Assembly: GCA_012026655.1 (NCBI GenBank)
Contig: JAAILG010000030.1
Location: 62,001 to 126,000 of the forward strand
Direction: 5' to 3'
DNA length: 64,000 bases
Source of the DNA: Hydrolagus affinis
Taxonomy: Eukaryota
The position numbers were made by a program, and so were the translations under genes. Shown in pieces: positions 1 to 13,127 of the stretch. The number at the start of each line of letters is the position of its first letter. Within the stretch, counting starts at the first letter, position 1. The notes beneath the pieces are model-generated. The model was not told the DNA's origin. It worked only from the letters and a program-made list of their open reading frames with translations, and did no database searches.

Positions 1-40
1 TTTTCATTTGTTTGGGTTTTTGCTCTCCTGCTCCCAGATG

Positions 41-316
41 TGTGATGGTTAGACAATGAGTGTTGACAGATAATTTAATCATGGACGGCATTACAGTTAA
101 GCCCGATCCTGTTCTTAGCCAATGTTCACGCATACGGAATTTCCATCAGGGGACACCGCAGATCGATTGGGAAATTCTGGCTGTTTCTTTTGTGTAGCCC
201 AGGGATGGCAGGCAGGGCTGAGGTTTTATTGCTCAGGCTGCCCTCAGCAAACTGGGAACGTGAACCTGAAACCCTTTGAATTTAGTGCTACGCAGACCAG
301 TTGGTGTCTTTACCCA
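41..316 (-). mobile_element. Ancient tRNA-derived SINE relic (AmnSINE2-like, name tentative)
   Basis: Reverse complement reads caggatcgggcttaactgtaatgcc...caacactcattgtcta, resembling a recalled old vertebrate SINE body; a weaker related piece lies near 27400-27460. Confidence 0.45.
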
Positions 317-438
317 GAAGACTCATCAGAGAACTGCTTTTAGGTTTAATATGCTATTTTGTTTCATAGCAAACAATTTCACATTTGGGGCAACAAGCAA
401 CAAACCACAGCCTTGTATATTCATAGAAGGTGCACTAT

Positions 439-744
439 GGAGTACGATGGAGCTCAGTGGTTAGAGCACTCCACTCACAAACGAGAGACCTGGGTTCAAA
501 TCCAGCCAGGGCTAACCCTTGTGCAAGTTTCCTTACTTCACACGCCTAATAATAATCCCTCACAACAATAATAAATTGGTCATTTCAATCCATGACTGTT
601 TGTGGGACACTGCTGTGCGCAACTGGCTGCTGCATTTCACCCACAAATATACAGTCAATTCACTTTACAGTATATTCTGTGAAGCGCTTTGAGACGTCTA
701 GAAGCCGTGAAATGCACTTCATCAAATGCAACAATTATTATTAT
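439..744 (+). mobile_element. Full-length tRNA-derived SINE, dominant family in the window (Deu/L2-type tail)
   Basis: A box agctcagtgg, B box ggttcaaatcc, body gctgtgcgcaactggctgc, tail aagcgctttgagacg...aaatgcaa(tta)n; about 10 related copies in window. Confidence 0.9.
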
Positions 745-876
745 CAGGGTTGAATGTTATAGGCAGCTGCACGTAATATAATTGTTTTAAAAACATTCTG
801 GAATATTAACCAAACAATATTTATCAGATATCCTTCAGTTAACTCTGGTACTTTTTAATAATCCAATACTTGACAT

Positions 877-962
877 CCCAATTTCGGTGCCCAGCCAATT
901 CTCTTACATGCTTTAGTGGATCCTCCTGACGTGAAAAGCGTTATATAAATGTAAATTTGTAC
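877..962 (+). mobile_element. L2-type 3' tail fragment
   Basis: tcctcctgacgtgaaaagcgttatataaatgtaa, shared with copies near 19770, 41545, 45180 and 49740. Confidence 0.65.
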
Positions 963-1502
963 TGTATAACACGCTTATTTCTAAACATCTTAACAAGTAT
1001 ATTTTGCTGATTGAGCAGTATAAATGTAATGACCTCAGTATCCCAAATGACCATATGGATAGTTTTGCATGCCTCTGAGCTATACAACCCCTTTAGCCTA
1101 ATGCTTGCCTGTTAATTTGTGTTGTATTGTATTGCTTTAATGCTATGAGAGATTGTTGCTCAGTGAGATTGATCAACGGATCATGTTCAGTTTTTTCAGC
1201 AGAGGTTTGTGGCTTCATTCATTTCTTTTGTCAAAATGAAGAGGCCATTGACTTGCTTGTTGTAGCCTTCTGCTCGATTTTTGTGGATTCAGTCAGGTTT
1301 TGCAATACTTAACAGTGATCAATAAAGGGCAGATGGTAATGAAGAGCTACCTCTCAATGCAGAGCTGGGGAAATGGGACCTTGTTTAGCTGTATGGCTGC
1401 AGCAGTGGGTTTTCTTAGCAGATCAATAGCTTGTCTTGTCTGCCTAATTGCTCATTGGTTGACATTCATGGATTCTTTCTTAAAATGTAAACTCTTTTGC
1501 AG

Positions 1503-1586
1503 CTCGAGCGACGTGATGGTACAATACTGCATCTCCGTAAAGAGGTCCTCCAGTTGCAGGAGAAGAGGGATAGGCTAACATGTGAG
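1503..1586 (+). CDS. PMFBP1: Coiled-coil gene exon 1 in window (28 aa, LERRDGTILHLRKEVLQLQEKRDRLTCE)
   Basis: Acceptor ctcttttgcag, donor GAG|gtattt; 84 nt, phase 0-0; heptad pattern. Confidence 0.9.
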
Positions 1587-1896
1587 GTATTTTAAATCTT
1601 TTCAATTTTATCTTTATTTCTTGGGGGAAAAAATGATTTACAAGAGAGAAATGTATTTGCGAGGGCTAAATGGATTAGGCTGATTTAAATCCAGAGTGTA
1701 AGGGACATCAATAGTATTGGCTTTGTTGCTCACTGCCACCATATTGGCTTCCTGAGGACTTGAGCACAGCCTCATAATATAAAGTATTTGTAATTCTGCC
1801 AATGTTTTCGTTTGCCTTTTTTAAAAATTTACTCGAGCATTGCGATAATAGAAGTAACATTTTGGTATCTAGAATTTTCAATGTAGTTGTTGGTAG

Positions 1897-2043
1897 TTGG
1901 ACATACAGGAGCAAAGGATTTACCAGCTGGAAGGAGAGCGAAAACAGGGAGTAACTGAACTGGAGAAAAAGCAGGGCTGTCTCCAGCAGCTGCAAAGGGA
2001 GCTGCTCGCAACCAGAAATCAGTATGAGGAGGCCCAAAAGCAG
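1897..2043 (+). CDS. PMFBP1: Exon 2 (49 aa, LDIQEQRIYQLEGE...RNQYEEAQKQ)
   Basis: Weak GU-rich acceptor ttgttggtag, strong donor CAG|gtaagg; 147 nt open frame. Confidence 0.88.
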
Positions 2044-2984
2044 GTAAGGAATTTACTTTAGCCTCAGGCTTTAAGGCCCTCCTCATCTGATAAAGCACAT
2101 TTTTGATTTGAGGTATAAAATGTATTTAGCTCTGTTTTTACTCGTGGAGTTGTTATTCTATAGTTAAATTAATTGATGATCATTGAGATTTTAAAAATGC
2201 ATTGTTTGGTCCTGAACTGTTCTGGCTAAAATATTAATCATTGAGCAATTTTTTTTCCAAAGAAAGTATCTAAATTTGCAGGGCGAAAAGAAGATAACTT
2301 GCCCATTTTTTTTAATCTTTCAGACACAGGCAAATTAATTTAATTTTTTTTTAAAAATCTCAATGACATCTATGTAAGATTCCTTTAATTTGAAGCCCAA
2401 AATAATTAGTTGCCTTAGCAGTCTCATCAATTACAACAGCAGAATTAGAAAATCTTCCATTGTGAGGGAAAAGAAACTGATGCCAATATATTGAGTAATG
2501 CTAGGCAATTAAACAAAGGACACCAATAGTTCACCAACTGGTGTGACATTTCAGTTAATGCACTGATCTGTTAAACCTTTGACTCAGCAGCTTACACAAT
2601 ATCATGCAGATTATAATGCAGAATTTTTGAAATAATTTTGTATAAAATTGTGGAACTGAAAAAGTCAAATGATTAAAATCTTATACAGTACTACTTCACA
2701 CTACTCTCTTTATAACAGTACCCTTTTTTTAAACAAATGTTGCCAGAATGTTTGGACAGTGAAGCCATTAATTCTCACTTGTAACTGATTGCTTGGATTA
2801 CCTGGGGTTTATTGGGGAAGCACTTTGCACCCTCATGGGTCAGAAAATTATCTATCTGTTGAAGGAAATCGTTAATTGTATTACCAAGGTATTGAGGTCA
2901 TCTGACACTACAGTTTCAATGGAACAAGATCCCAAAAAAAGGAAGATCCATAGCATGTCAATCAACATCTGAAGTAGAAAGGTG

Positions 2985-3062
2985 CATTGTTCTGATCCTC
3001 CCTGAAATTTTAACGTCTATTTCTCTTTTAGATGCCAATTGACTTGCTATGAATTTCCAACA
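2985..3062 (+). mobile_element. Possible Penelope-type terminal relic
   Basis: ctgaaattttaacgtctatttctc...gatgccaattgacttgctatgaatttccaaca resembles a recalled common shark repeat end; heavily diverged. Confidence 0.3.
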
Positions 3063-5150
3063 GTGGGATCTATTTTGTGGTATTTCTTAAATGGGATTCC
3101 TTTATTAATTAAGTTGAATAGTTGACCAACTTTATTGGCACCTTCGCCTTCAGTACATCTTTTATATTGATCTTAACTTTATCCCAGGATGAATCATTTA
3201 ACTGAAAAGAATTAGAATGCTTCACATTTTGTTTCAAGGTTTTGTAAGAGTCATAATGACTACCATACTTCCTACTCACAAAAGATATAAACGATTTGGG
3301 AAAAGAATCCTAAATTCTGTACAAGAAACTAATGCTGTTTTTCATCCACACAAAACACAATCAATGATCTCAACGACATGATAAGGCTCTATAGCAAATG
3401 AAAGGATTATTATTATTAATCTAGTGTTTGGATTCCAAAAATCTGAAGCAAAATCACAAAAGAAAGAAATAAGCTTTTTTAGGCTTGCAAAAGCAATAGG
3501 ATACTGGCATTTGAGACTTTGTGCTGGGCAAATCAAACGCCATGACACTGATGCATAGTTTCTAAGAATGTTCCACAATTATTACTTTTTGGGATACAAT
3601 ATCCTAGTTTTGATTGTACTACTGAATGTGATGGATTGTGTTATTTTTGATAGAAAGTGGCCCATTGCACATTTTGATGTTACTCTGAAGGTCTGTTAAT
3701 AATAATAATACAAAAAAATGCAGACATGGAAATATCAACAGGATATTGGTTGTTCAAAGGCGAGAGAGTGCCAGGAAATTGCAATATATGAAAACATTCT
3801 TACAGGCTTCAGGGCAGATTAAATGAGAATAGTCAAATCTGGATTGTAGCATAGGAACATTCATATCTGCTTTGTTCATTGAAGATTCTTGAGCTGCATA
3901 CTCCAAATTTAGAACCTTTCAAGATCTTTTAAACCAACAATGGCACAAGAACAAACTATTTTTTTTCTAGTGACGAGTGTTTATTTATTGTTCCAATTAT
4001 GCAGACACCTGTTATTTATAACTCAGTCCTGTGTAATGGTACACAAATGCCTTCTCTACAGTCAGGATAAAGATGGGAGCACATTTTGAAACATTGGCTT
4101 TTGGCCCATCCACCGTGCCCAAGTCAAGAATCTTTAGGAGTAAATTGAATAATGGTATGTTTTATAACAGATTTGGCAAACTTTTTGATTTGTTATGAAA
4201 TGGCACAGTTTTTGGCCGATGGAATTCAAACATGCTGTTACACTCCAAATCCTAACAGCAAATAAAACGTTTATAATATTATTAGCTCTTGGAATTTTAT
4301 GCTGCAATGGAACAAAAATCTTATTCAAACTCCATGACTCAGTCCCGGAATGCATTCTACATTGGGCCAAGATGGCTGTGTAAATCTTACTATTTATCCT
4401 ATCAGGTGGTATAACTACCACCACTTGGCTAAGATTTCCTCACACACTAAATAAAATCCACAAGTTATTCCTTAAAAATCTTATTGATTATCCACTATTC
4501 TCATTGTACATTGGATGTTGTTAAAAATTGCCTGGCGTTTGCCTAAAAAACATTTTGTTAAGCATTGCGAGATGTTTAAATGTGATAAATTCACGTATTA
4601 TCATTATAAATTCTGTTTTCCATTGTTCCCCCATTGCATTGGATCCATTTATAGCTCATGTGTAAAGAAATTTAATCTCAGCGAGAGGAAGTCTGTTTAT
4701 GGAATTCATTTTTTTTGTTATTAAAGTATTCCTTTTATTTACCGAATAAGTCTTATCTGTACATTGCAGGGAAATGATTGGGACTGCAGCAACTACCCAT
4801 CAATCCAGCAGTGTTACATTTTGAGGCAACGAGAATAATTTTTACTACATTTATTAACCATTCCAATTATGGTATTAAAATAATGCTTGTTCTAAATTTT
4901 GTTTGTCTTTCACTTCTGTAATATGATTTAAAAAATTAATTCTGGCAATTTTTATTGCCATAAATTCTATTCCATAATGAGTTTATTAATGTGAAACATT
5001 AAAGCCTCAATATATGAAACAGTGAAAAGATATTTGCTAACATGTTTTACAATTTCAAAATATAGAATGGTAGACAATCAAAAATTAATGCCTGTCTCAT
5101 TGAAGAGGGTAAGATTGTGGCTCATTGTAATTGTGTCAATTTAATCTTAG

Positions 5151-5234
5151 CTTGCAGAGAGTAATGGATTTCTATCCCAAGTTAAAGCTGAGAACCAGAC
5201 CCTGAAAGTCTATAAATTGGAACAAAATACAGAG
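5151..5234 (+). CDS. PMFBP1: Exon 3 (28 aa, LAESNGFLSQVKAENQTLKVYKLEQNTE)
   Basis: Acceptor ttaatcttag, donor GAG|gtaaga; 84 nt, phase 0-0. Confidence 0.85.
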
Positions 5235-6009
5235 GTAAGATATGAATTAGAAAACGTGTGCAGTTCTTCTTTTTTCTTTTATTCATCTTTTAAAATGCTC
5301 TCTATTCCTCTTAGTCCACTTCCCTTAGCCACACATTGTGGTTGCTAGTTCCTGCCTTTCCTTTCTATTTCATATTTATTTAAAGCAGAGCAGGTTTAGC
5401 TTGTTTTTCGTGTTGTAAAACTTGTCTTGGTAAGTGCTCAAAAACAAAGTTGAAAGAGAAGTAAAAGAAGGTACAATTTTAGAAGTTGTCTGCAGAGTGC
5501 AGACCCTATGCAATTTCAACATCAGTACAATATTACTACTGTATTACAGATTAAACGTGATGCCCCGTATGTGTGATAAAAGTGAGTCACTTCCAACTTG
5601 CTTTCAATCTATTCAAGTAAGAGAATAATCTAGGGTGTCTGGCAAGGATTCATCAGATTAATACTTGGAACAAAGGGCTTAGTTAAAATAAGAGTTTGGG
5701 TAAATTTGGGTTATATACCTAGACTCGTGAAGATTAAGATTAACAAGGAAAAATGACAAGATATTTTCTAGGTTATGGTGGCAGCCAATTTGCGCGCAGT
5801 AATACACCACAGTCTTGAAGTGAATGACCAATTTTAGCTGGGGCATTCCTAGGTAGGACACAAGAATAAACTCCATTCTAATATGGGATCTTAACAGGGT
5901 ATGCAACACTCCCCCAGCATTGGAGCTTGTTATGTATAGATTGTTAGCTTAGACTGTGAGTTCCAAGTGTTGAGGTGGGGCTTCAATACAGTACAAAAGC
6001 GTGCAGATG

Positions 6010-6215
6010 GGTTAATAAGGGGTTAGCTGGTAGGCAGTGGCAAAGCCGTAGAGGGCTTTGAAGGCGAGGACGAGAATTTTGAACTTGATCCTCTGAGGGA
6101 CAGGGAGTCACTGAGGATGATTGGCATGAGGTCATGGACCCTGGTACAGGAGAAGACATGAGCTGCAGAATTCTGAATGCTCTGCAGCTTGTGGAATGCA
6201 TTTCTTTGATCACAC
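6010..6215 (-). mobile_element. L2 LINE ORF2 C-terminal fragment
   Basis: Minus-strand translation HKLQSIQNSAAHVFSCTR, then (frameshifted) VPQRIKFKILVLAFKALYG, typical of L2. Confidence 0.8.
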
Positions 6216-6335
6216 ATTGGGTCATCTTTCCACTGCTCTCCACTTCCAACTTCAGCTTGGGTGCCCACCCAGCATTGCTAAGCACTTTGAGGTGTCCTCC
6301 CGCTATGAAAGGTGCTGTATAATTGTAAATTGTAT
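6216..6335 (+). mobile_element. L2 3' UTR/tail, opposite orientation to the adjoining ORF2 piece
   Basis: agcactttgaggtgtcctcccgctatgaaaggtgctgtataattgtaaattgt. Confidence 0.65.
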
Positions 6336-6642
6336 TCTGATTGAAAACATGAGTGCTTGCCACAGAACCTAACTGAACACTTAATGATGATTAACCACAG
6401 GGTTTATCTGTGCATTCTCCAGTATCTTATCCTTCCGTCTATTGCCTCCTATGGTTAAATCACAAATATTGGCAAGAGAAGCTATGTGGGAGTTTGTGTC
6501 CCGTTTCTTGCCTGAATGAAAAATTAGCATTTTGATATAAACAATTGAACACATTTGTCAAACTTAAACGAAATGTGAGCTTTTTTTCATCAGACTGAAT
6601 TTTGCGGTATGTATTTATCGGATCGTTTTTTTCTCTTAACAG

Positions 6643-6855
6643 ATTGAAGAACTCACAGGCACCATTCAGAGCCTTGAATTGTCTGCCACAAACGTGAATG
6701 CAGCATTTACTGCTGAAGCAGCAGAGAAGCACAAAGAGCTAGTATCTACAACAGAAGAGCTTGAGCAGAACCTTGCAGAAACACAGGCTGAACTCCGTCG
6801 AAAAGATGATACCACACAAAAACTAAAGACACAACTGCAGAACACCAGCCAATGG
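6643..6855 (+). CDS. PMFBP1: Exon 4 (71 aa, IEELTGTIQSL...KTQLQNTSQW)
   Basis: Acceptor tttttttctcttaacag, donor TGG|gtgaga; 213 nt; overlaps ORF 6679..6876. Confidence 0.92.
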
Positions 6856-9079
6856 GTGAGAGGCATAAAATATTAAGCTGATAAGACACTGCTACTCTAG
6901 ATGTATAGCAATTGCTTGAAGACACAGCACCTGCTTTTGTTTATCCCTATTAGAATGAAATTCAAAGGTGACCCAAGTATTCTTTTATTAAATTTTTTTT
7001 TTTAAAAACTACTCGCACGAACCTTTTATGAAATGCTATATCTGGCCGTGACTGATCTTAACTGTATTTCTGTATGTAGCTTATGTTTTAATTTAGTGTT
7101 TTATACCCAGTGGAGTCCCATTATAACAGTGATTGGAATCAATGAAAACAAGTATTATCATGAGTTACAAAAGCTGATTTCACTGCACCTGACCACTCAA
7201 TCCCCTCCAAAAAGATCAAGTTGCAGATCACTTCCTGTGTACTGCATTTTGCCAATTTGTTCTGCTATCTCTCAAACCATTCACAAAATATATGCATACA
7301 GTGATTGCTATAGTACTTTCTTGGCGTAAAATTTCTTATAACATTAAAAGTAACTGTAGAAGCGAAGATTATTTTTGTAACCATCTTTTCATATTGAACA
7401 TTTAGCTAGATTTGATTTATCACAGGGATCAAATTTCAAACAGGGAAGGTAGAAATCCCAGAACTCTGAAATATGGGACTACCTCTAATATACTCTATAT
7501 TATAAAAGTTTATAAAGGAAATCATTGATCTTACCAATCATAAATAGCACTGACTACACTGGCCTTGTGATAACTGGTCCTAATATCATTTTATGTAAAA
7601 CATTTGCAAAGCATGCATTACTCTCCCTAGTTTGTTAGTCAAAATGCAGTATTTTACAAAAAAGCGTAAAAACCATAATACTTCATAAGTTTAATTGTCT
7701 ATCGATGAGAATGGCCCGTTTAAACATTTAGATGTACCTGAAATATTAATACTCTGGATATACTGCATTTGAGAAATTGGAATGGTTCTAAAATCCAGTT
7801 CCAAAAACCCAATATAATCACTTTGGTTTCTTTCTCAACTGGCCAAGTTCAGAAAAAAATTACACTAACGCAATGTGCAGAAATCTGTCAGGTCGTAATC
7901 GTGAACACAGTATCTCGGAATGCTTTGTGTAATGAGAGAATGATGTGCCTTGTTCCATTCTTGAATTGTGCATTCTTGAACTGCATGATGTGTCCCTCAA
8001 GAAAGAAAATACGCATCCTTTTCCATACACGGGATTTTCCAAGTATCGGTCAATATTCGTGGAACTCTCAGTCTTTTGATTGCCTTCTCATAAATATAAT
8101 GATGGGTTTCCATGTGTGCCGGACACCCAGCTGACTCCAAAGAAAAGTCATTGGGTATTTTGACTCTTTGAATGTTGACCAATATAAGTGCAAATATATA
8201 TTTGGTTATATAGTAGCTTGGGTTGGGAGTAAAAATCTAAGAGAATTTGAGCCATGTTTGAATATACAGTAATTGGAACTGAGACAAATTGCAACGGTAA
8301 AATGTTTCACCTAACCTGATATTAATTCAAGGTATGGCATGTGATTTTTATTATTTAAAGTGACTAAAATATCATCTTCCATTCCTAACATCTTGGCATA
8401 CAAGTGGTAAAACTAATACTATAAAATGTAAAATGCCAACAGATCTATTGAGGGGAATAGAACCCATCTCTATAAACACTTCGAACAACAAAACTGAATT
8501 AGAATTGATAGAACTTAAATACTTAGAGAATACTGGATACCAGGAGAGGTTCCCACACAGTAATCTCATTGAAAGGTTTGGATAATGTCATAGACCACAA
8601 TCATGAAGTTGAAGTGCTTTATAACTGTCTTCTGGAGTCTGGGGTGAGATTACTGCCAGGGAATGTCTCCCTGGTGTCCATGTTTTTTTACTCTTGTGTT
8701 GTTTATAATGTTGGACCATAGATTGCATAGACTGTTGAAAGATTTTATGTATGATGACATACTCTAAAGTATTAATGATTGTGATTTAATCGCTTGCCAT
8801 CTTATCAAGTTCTGTAATAATATACAGTTGATTAGCAGATTGTAGTTGATTGTAGTGTCTGGAAAACTGCTGAGGATACAGAAAACCGGCTCCTAATATT
8901 GCCGAGCATTCTTGAAGTTGTATTAAAGGAGACGAGATTTGTTAATACAAAGCTCCTCAGAGCTGGGTTGGTGTTGGGGGTGGTTGGGGGGAGAGCGGTG
9001 GGGGTTCTGATGCTTTTTTGTTGCGGGTTATTGCTTGGTGAAGGCTTGGCTGATGCTATTTGTACAAAAGCATCTAATA

Positions 9080-9409
9080 CAGTAAAACCTTGACAGTCTG
9101 GCGCGGTTGGGCCCACTCACCCTCCCGCATGTTGGCGGGTATTTAGAAACCTACCTGGCAATGGCCGGGGAAGCCCTGCCCCGTACACCACGTGTGCTGT
9201 AATCACGGCACTGAAGCCAAACAACGCCCGAGCTCCACCCACAGTGCCGGATGACAGAGCGGCCACACCGGGAACTGCAAGCAGCTGATCTGAACTTTGG
9301 GAGATTTGTCGTACATCAGAAAAAAATCTAATACTGTGTGTATTTTGAAATCTTGTGGGTTTAGGGAGTTGCCTGCTTTTAGAATTGTCGGATTATCGAG
9401 GTTTTACTA
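9080..9409. mobile_element. Tc1/mariner pogo/Tigger-type MITE, about 330 bp
   Basis: TA+CAGTAAAACCTTGACAGTCTG at left, CGGATTATCGAGGTTTTACTA at right (imperfect TIRs); GC/CpG-rich interior. Confidence 0.7.
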
Positions 9410-9552
9410 TGGTATAAAACTGTTGCCGACACAAAAAAAGGTTGTCCTCAGTGTCCAGTTGAGTGGTGGTTTGCTTAGAGTGTACTGTGGACCCCACAAT
9501 TTACCAACAGTGTGCTTCTGCCGCTGATTTGGCTGTTTCCTGTGTTTTTAAA

Positions 9553-9584
9553 ATATATATATATACAGTATATATATATATATA
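9553..9584. repeat. (TA)n microsatellite interrupted by CAG
   Basis: atatatatatatacagtatatatatatatata. Confidence 0.9.
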
Positions 9585-9943
9585 AAAGAATGCACACTCT
9601 ATGGAGAAAGGGCAGATTGTAGCAACACTTCTGGCACAGATGAGTGCACAGAAAGTAGCATTAGAGACAATCCGATGGTCAGCCATTTTTAAGCACTTTG
9701 TTATAATGCATCCTCTGAGATATTGATCATCGAGGTATTGGTCATCCCAGGTGATCACGCTGTACAGTGGTTACCCTGTATTTGTAATGCGCCTAAGGCC
9801 TGCAACTGAAGTCTTGTGCAAATACCAATCAGCCATTTACCAATACAAATCACTGTTTGCTCAATGACAGTGGACACTGTTCCGTGGACGTTTTTTTTCT
9901 TGTAGTGAGCTTACTCTTCCATCATGGCATACTAAATAATAAA

Positions 9944-10038
9944 TGCCGTGTTTCGCCCCCAAATACCTACAGTCGATTCACTTTACTGTATATTCTGTGA
10001 AGCGCTTTAAGACGTCTGGAAGATGTGATCAGGCACAT
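9944..10038 (+). mobile_element. SINE 3' fragment (dominant family)
   Basis: cagtcgattcactttactgtatattctgtgaagcgctttaagacgtc matches copy at 439-744. Confidence 0.85.
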
Positions 10039-13000
10039 AATTACCTTGCTAGTTTCACTTTCCAGTACCTTGCTTACAATAACGATTTCTCTGAATCAGT
10101 GTAGTGTTTGTGCGACGGCTTCTACGCACCTTACGAGGAGTACCTTCACCTAAGTGAGAGAGCGTTGGCTCCGTCAAGGATGTATAGACACTGTAGTGAC
10201 ACATTGCCACCCCAGCAGCTTCTTTGCACGTTGGGTGGTTTTTCTTACCCCACTGATCATGTGTTCCCTTTAACCAGCACTTGCAGAGCCTCGTTGCTGA
10301 AGCCAGCTTTTCACAGTTGTTGATCGAAAATTTCCACCTCAATTCTGTCCTCCATCTTTGATCCTTAGACTTCTCAAAACATATCGAGTCAAGTGGCCTA
10401 TTAACCGCTGCACAAACATGAAAAGATCATTATTAGAAGTGCATTCAGATTGGCCAATATTTCACTCTGTTGCCTCTTACGAATGTGCACCTCTTTTGCT
10501 TGCCACAAAGGGATGGCATGTGCTCCAGTGGGTTTGTTAGCGAATCCTTCAAAAGTTTAAAATACCTGCTTTATGCCCGAGGAATGTCAGGCTGCATATG
10601 TTTGAAGCAAGCAGTCTTAGTACATATTAATGGATCTTTGATCAAAGAAAACACTAAGAACATCAGAGCAGTCTACTGGAGCCTTTGGCAACAAATGTAC
10701 CAGAAAAAACATTGTCCACAGAAATCTACTTATTGATGAGGAGGTACATAAACCTGAGAGGGGAGCCTAATGGAAAAATATGGACACGCAGAACATAATG
10801 ATCAGAACATGAAACAATTTTTTTAAAATCAGAATTTGCACTTTATGCCTGGTTAGATGTGCTTTTCTTTACATTTGGCGTGGTTTTGAAACAAGGTTTT
10901 TAAGAAAGCCACAATAATTGAAAGTGTTATGGCACAGTTGTAAGAGATTTCATATACACGGCTCCAGGTACAGTATATTGTTAGTTAACAGCTCATTATT
11001 TTACCAGTCTCTATACAGTCAGATGCATACTCTGTGAAATAAAGTTTTGCACGACTTTATTCGGTAAGTGTGCTTACCATCATATCTGCAGCATCAGCAC
11101 GCATGAGCAAGCGTAGACTACAGGGAAAAGCTTAGTAAATACACTGAAAGGTCAGTGTGTGGCATCTGTTTAAATAAAGCCTGTCTGCCAATGGAAACAG
11201 GCCCATTGTTTCTGGGGTTGTTTAAATGCTGAGGAAAATTGTGCTACAGCGTAGGAAGCACCGCATTTGAAGAATCTAAATTAAGAGGCAAATTATACTC
11301 ATCTGAATATTTGAGTTTTTGAAGAAAAAAAATGGGATATCTCTGGCATTTAGCAGATTTTTGTTTTGAAAAGATGTGTCCAGTGGCATCTTGATGGGAG
11401 AAATATTTCTAGGTTAATTTGCCTTTGATAAGCCTTCTGATTGCATTTTTCAGAATGCAGTTTTAACAGTTTATTTCAAAATACATTTGTTTTCTGTACA
11501 ACACTCCTATTTCATCTTTACAATAGTCAGCATTGCAAACATATAAATTATTTGAGTTGATGTGTATTATCTTTTAAACAATATGCTTTCTGCATTGACC
11601 TATTTTCTGCAGTATTGAAGAATTTGTGTTGCGTTCTGGATTTTGACCATTTCAGGCTAATAAATTTCAAAACCTTGCTGCGTTTTCCAAGAATCTCTAT
11701 AATTGCAGCAATGATGTGGTAGATGCTCAGATAACTACCCTCTCATGTCCAGATTAATGCTGGCTTTTATGCCACACAAATATTGCACAGTTTCTTTATT
11801 AATGCTTCAGATCTCTTCTCAGTTTAAATTAAAAATGAAGCCAACAGAAACAACTACAAGGAGCTTTTGTATTGTGTTTTGTATGTACAAGTGTGGCAAA
11901 TCATACCATACCTAAATTATAAACAAATTATAAACAAATTTGCTATTTTCTTCTGATTTAGAATATTCTAATGTAAGAATCTGATACAATCCAGTCTACA
12001 AAGGATAACTACTTACATGACTGAAAAATTAATTGTTCACAAGATATAAAATAATCAGATTCTGTTTCAGCTTAGAAAACATTATTAATAGTAGTGATGA
12101 AACATTCGCTGTATGAAGTGTGTCTTTTTGTTATTACCAATATTTCGAACCATTGAGAACCAAATTTGCATATTTTTAATTAAACTATCAAACCTTTTAA
12201 TGCATTCTAATATGCTGCTATAGACACCTAAGAAAATGAATCAGATTAGAGTGGATAGAGTGGATACTTAATCAAATGCTCTACTATGTAACAGAAATTT
12301 AGAAATGTGAAAATCCATCCTAATGTTTCTGGTTAAAATGAGTCTCTTATTTCATATATTGTACAAAGATTTTGTTTTCTGTAATCTACTGCAAAATATC
12401 TTTCATTGCTGCAGTAACAATATCATAAATAAGGTGAATACTCCCTCCTTTCAAATGTCACAATACATACTAATGAGACTTGGATTGCTCCAGCATAATT
12501 GTATCACAAAACAGTAGCTACAATTTCTAACTTTAAAAAGGGCAAGATATAGGCTGAATAAAATAATTACTATTCGAGGGACCATTCAAGTCTGTAATCC
12601 AGGGGTTCGTATAATATGAATTGCTCAAGCTTTATTTTATTAATATATTACTGTTTCTGAACCCCTTTATTACAGTTACAATCATGCTGTTTTTGAACAC
12701 ACACATATGACTGTATATAATTTTACTTGGTAGTAGAATATTTAGTGATGCAAACGCAATATTTTTTTGTCCTTGTTATAGTAATTTTATATAGATTGTT
12801 GAATAATATAATTGGTTTATTCATATCTGCAAAAAGTAAGGTTGGGTTTGCAATCATTTACATTATTTATGCAAAATCATTATGATTTAACACTGTAATA
12901 ATGCAGGGGTTGAATTTAGGTGCATGAACCTATGACACCAAGATTATTTTATCTGAATATTATTTTGACACTACAGACGACAAATGCCATGTAACACTGA

Positions 13001-13127
13001 ATTCAATTGAGGAAGGGTGTTTCCAGTTTCCAGTTTTGAGTGCTGCGTGAATCTACACAGTTGTGGAAACCTGGGAAGGAATGCAGTGTGAACATTTGAA
13101 ATTTAACTGAATGGGTCATAGGTTTCA

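Larger units (their letters stand above)
5905..6380 (-). mobile_element. Old DeuSINE (SacSINE1-like) relic split by an L2 insertion
   Basis: 5905-5985 (ttagcttagactgtgagttccaagtg...gtggggcttc) and 6335-6380 (ttctgattgaaaacatgagtgcttgccac...ctgaacac) match consecutive parts of the relic at 34935-35072. Confidence 0.45.

Noticed and set aside
439-510. tRNA gene
   Set aside because: A and B boxes belong to the SINE head; no intact acceptor stem and it runs straight into the SINE body.
1708-2098. Minus-strand ORFs over exons (also 6460-6866, 49895-50083, 52427-52654, 62429-62725)
   Set aside because: Antisense shadows of the + strand coiled-coil exons.
7769-8182. Overlapping ORFs on both strands as a transposase relic
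   Set aside because: I translated the additional minus frames and recognised no motif.
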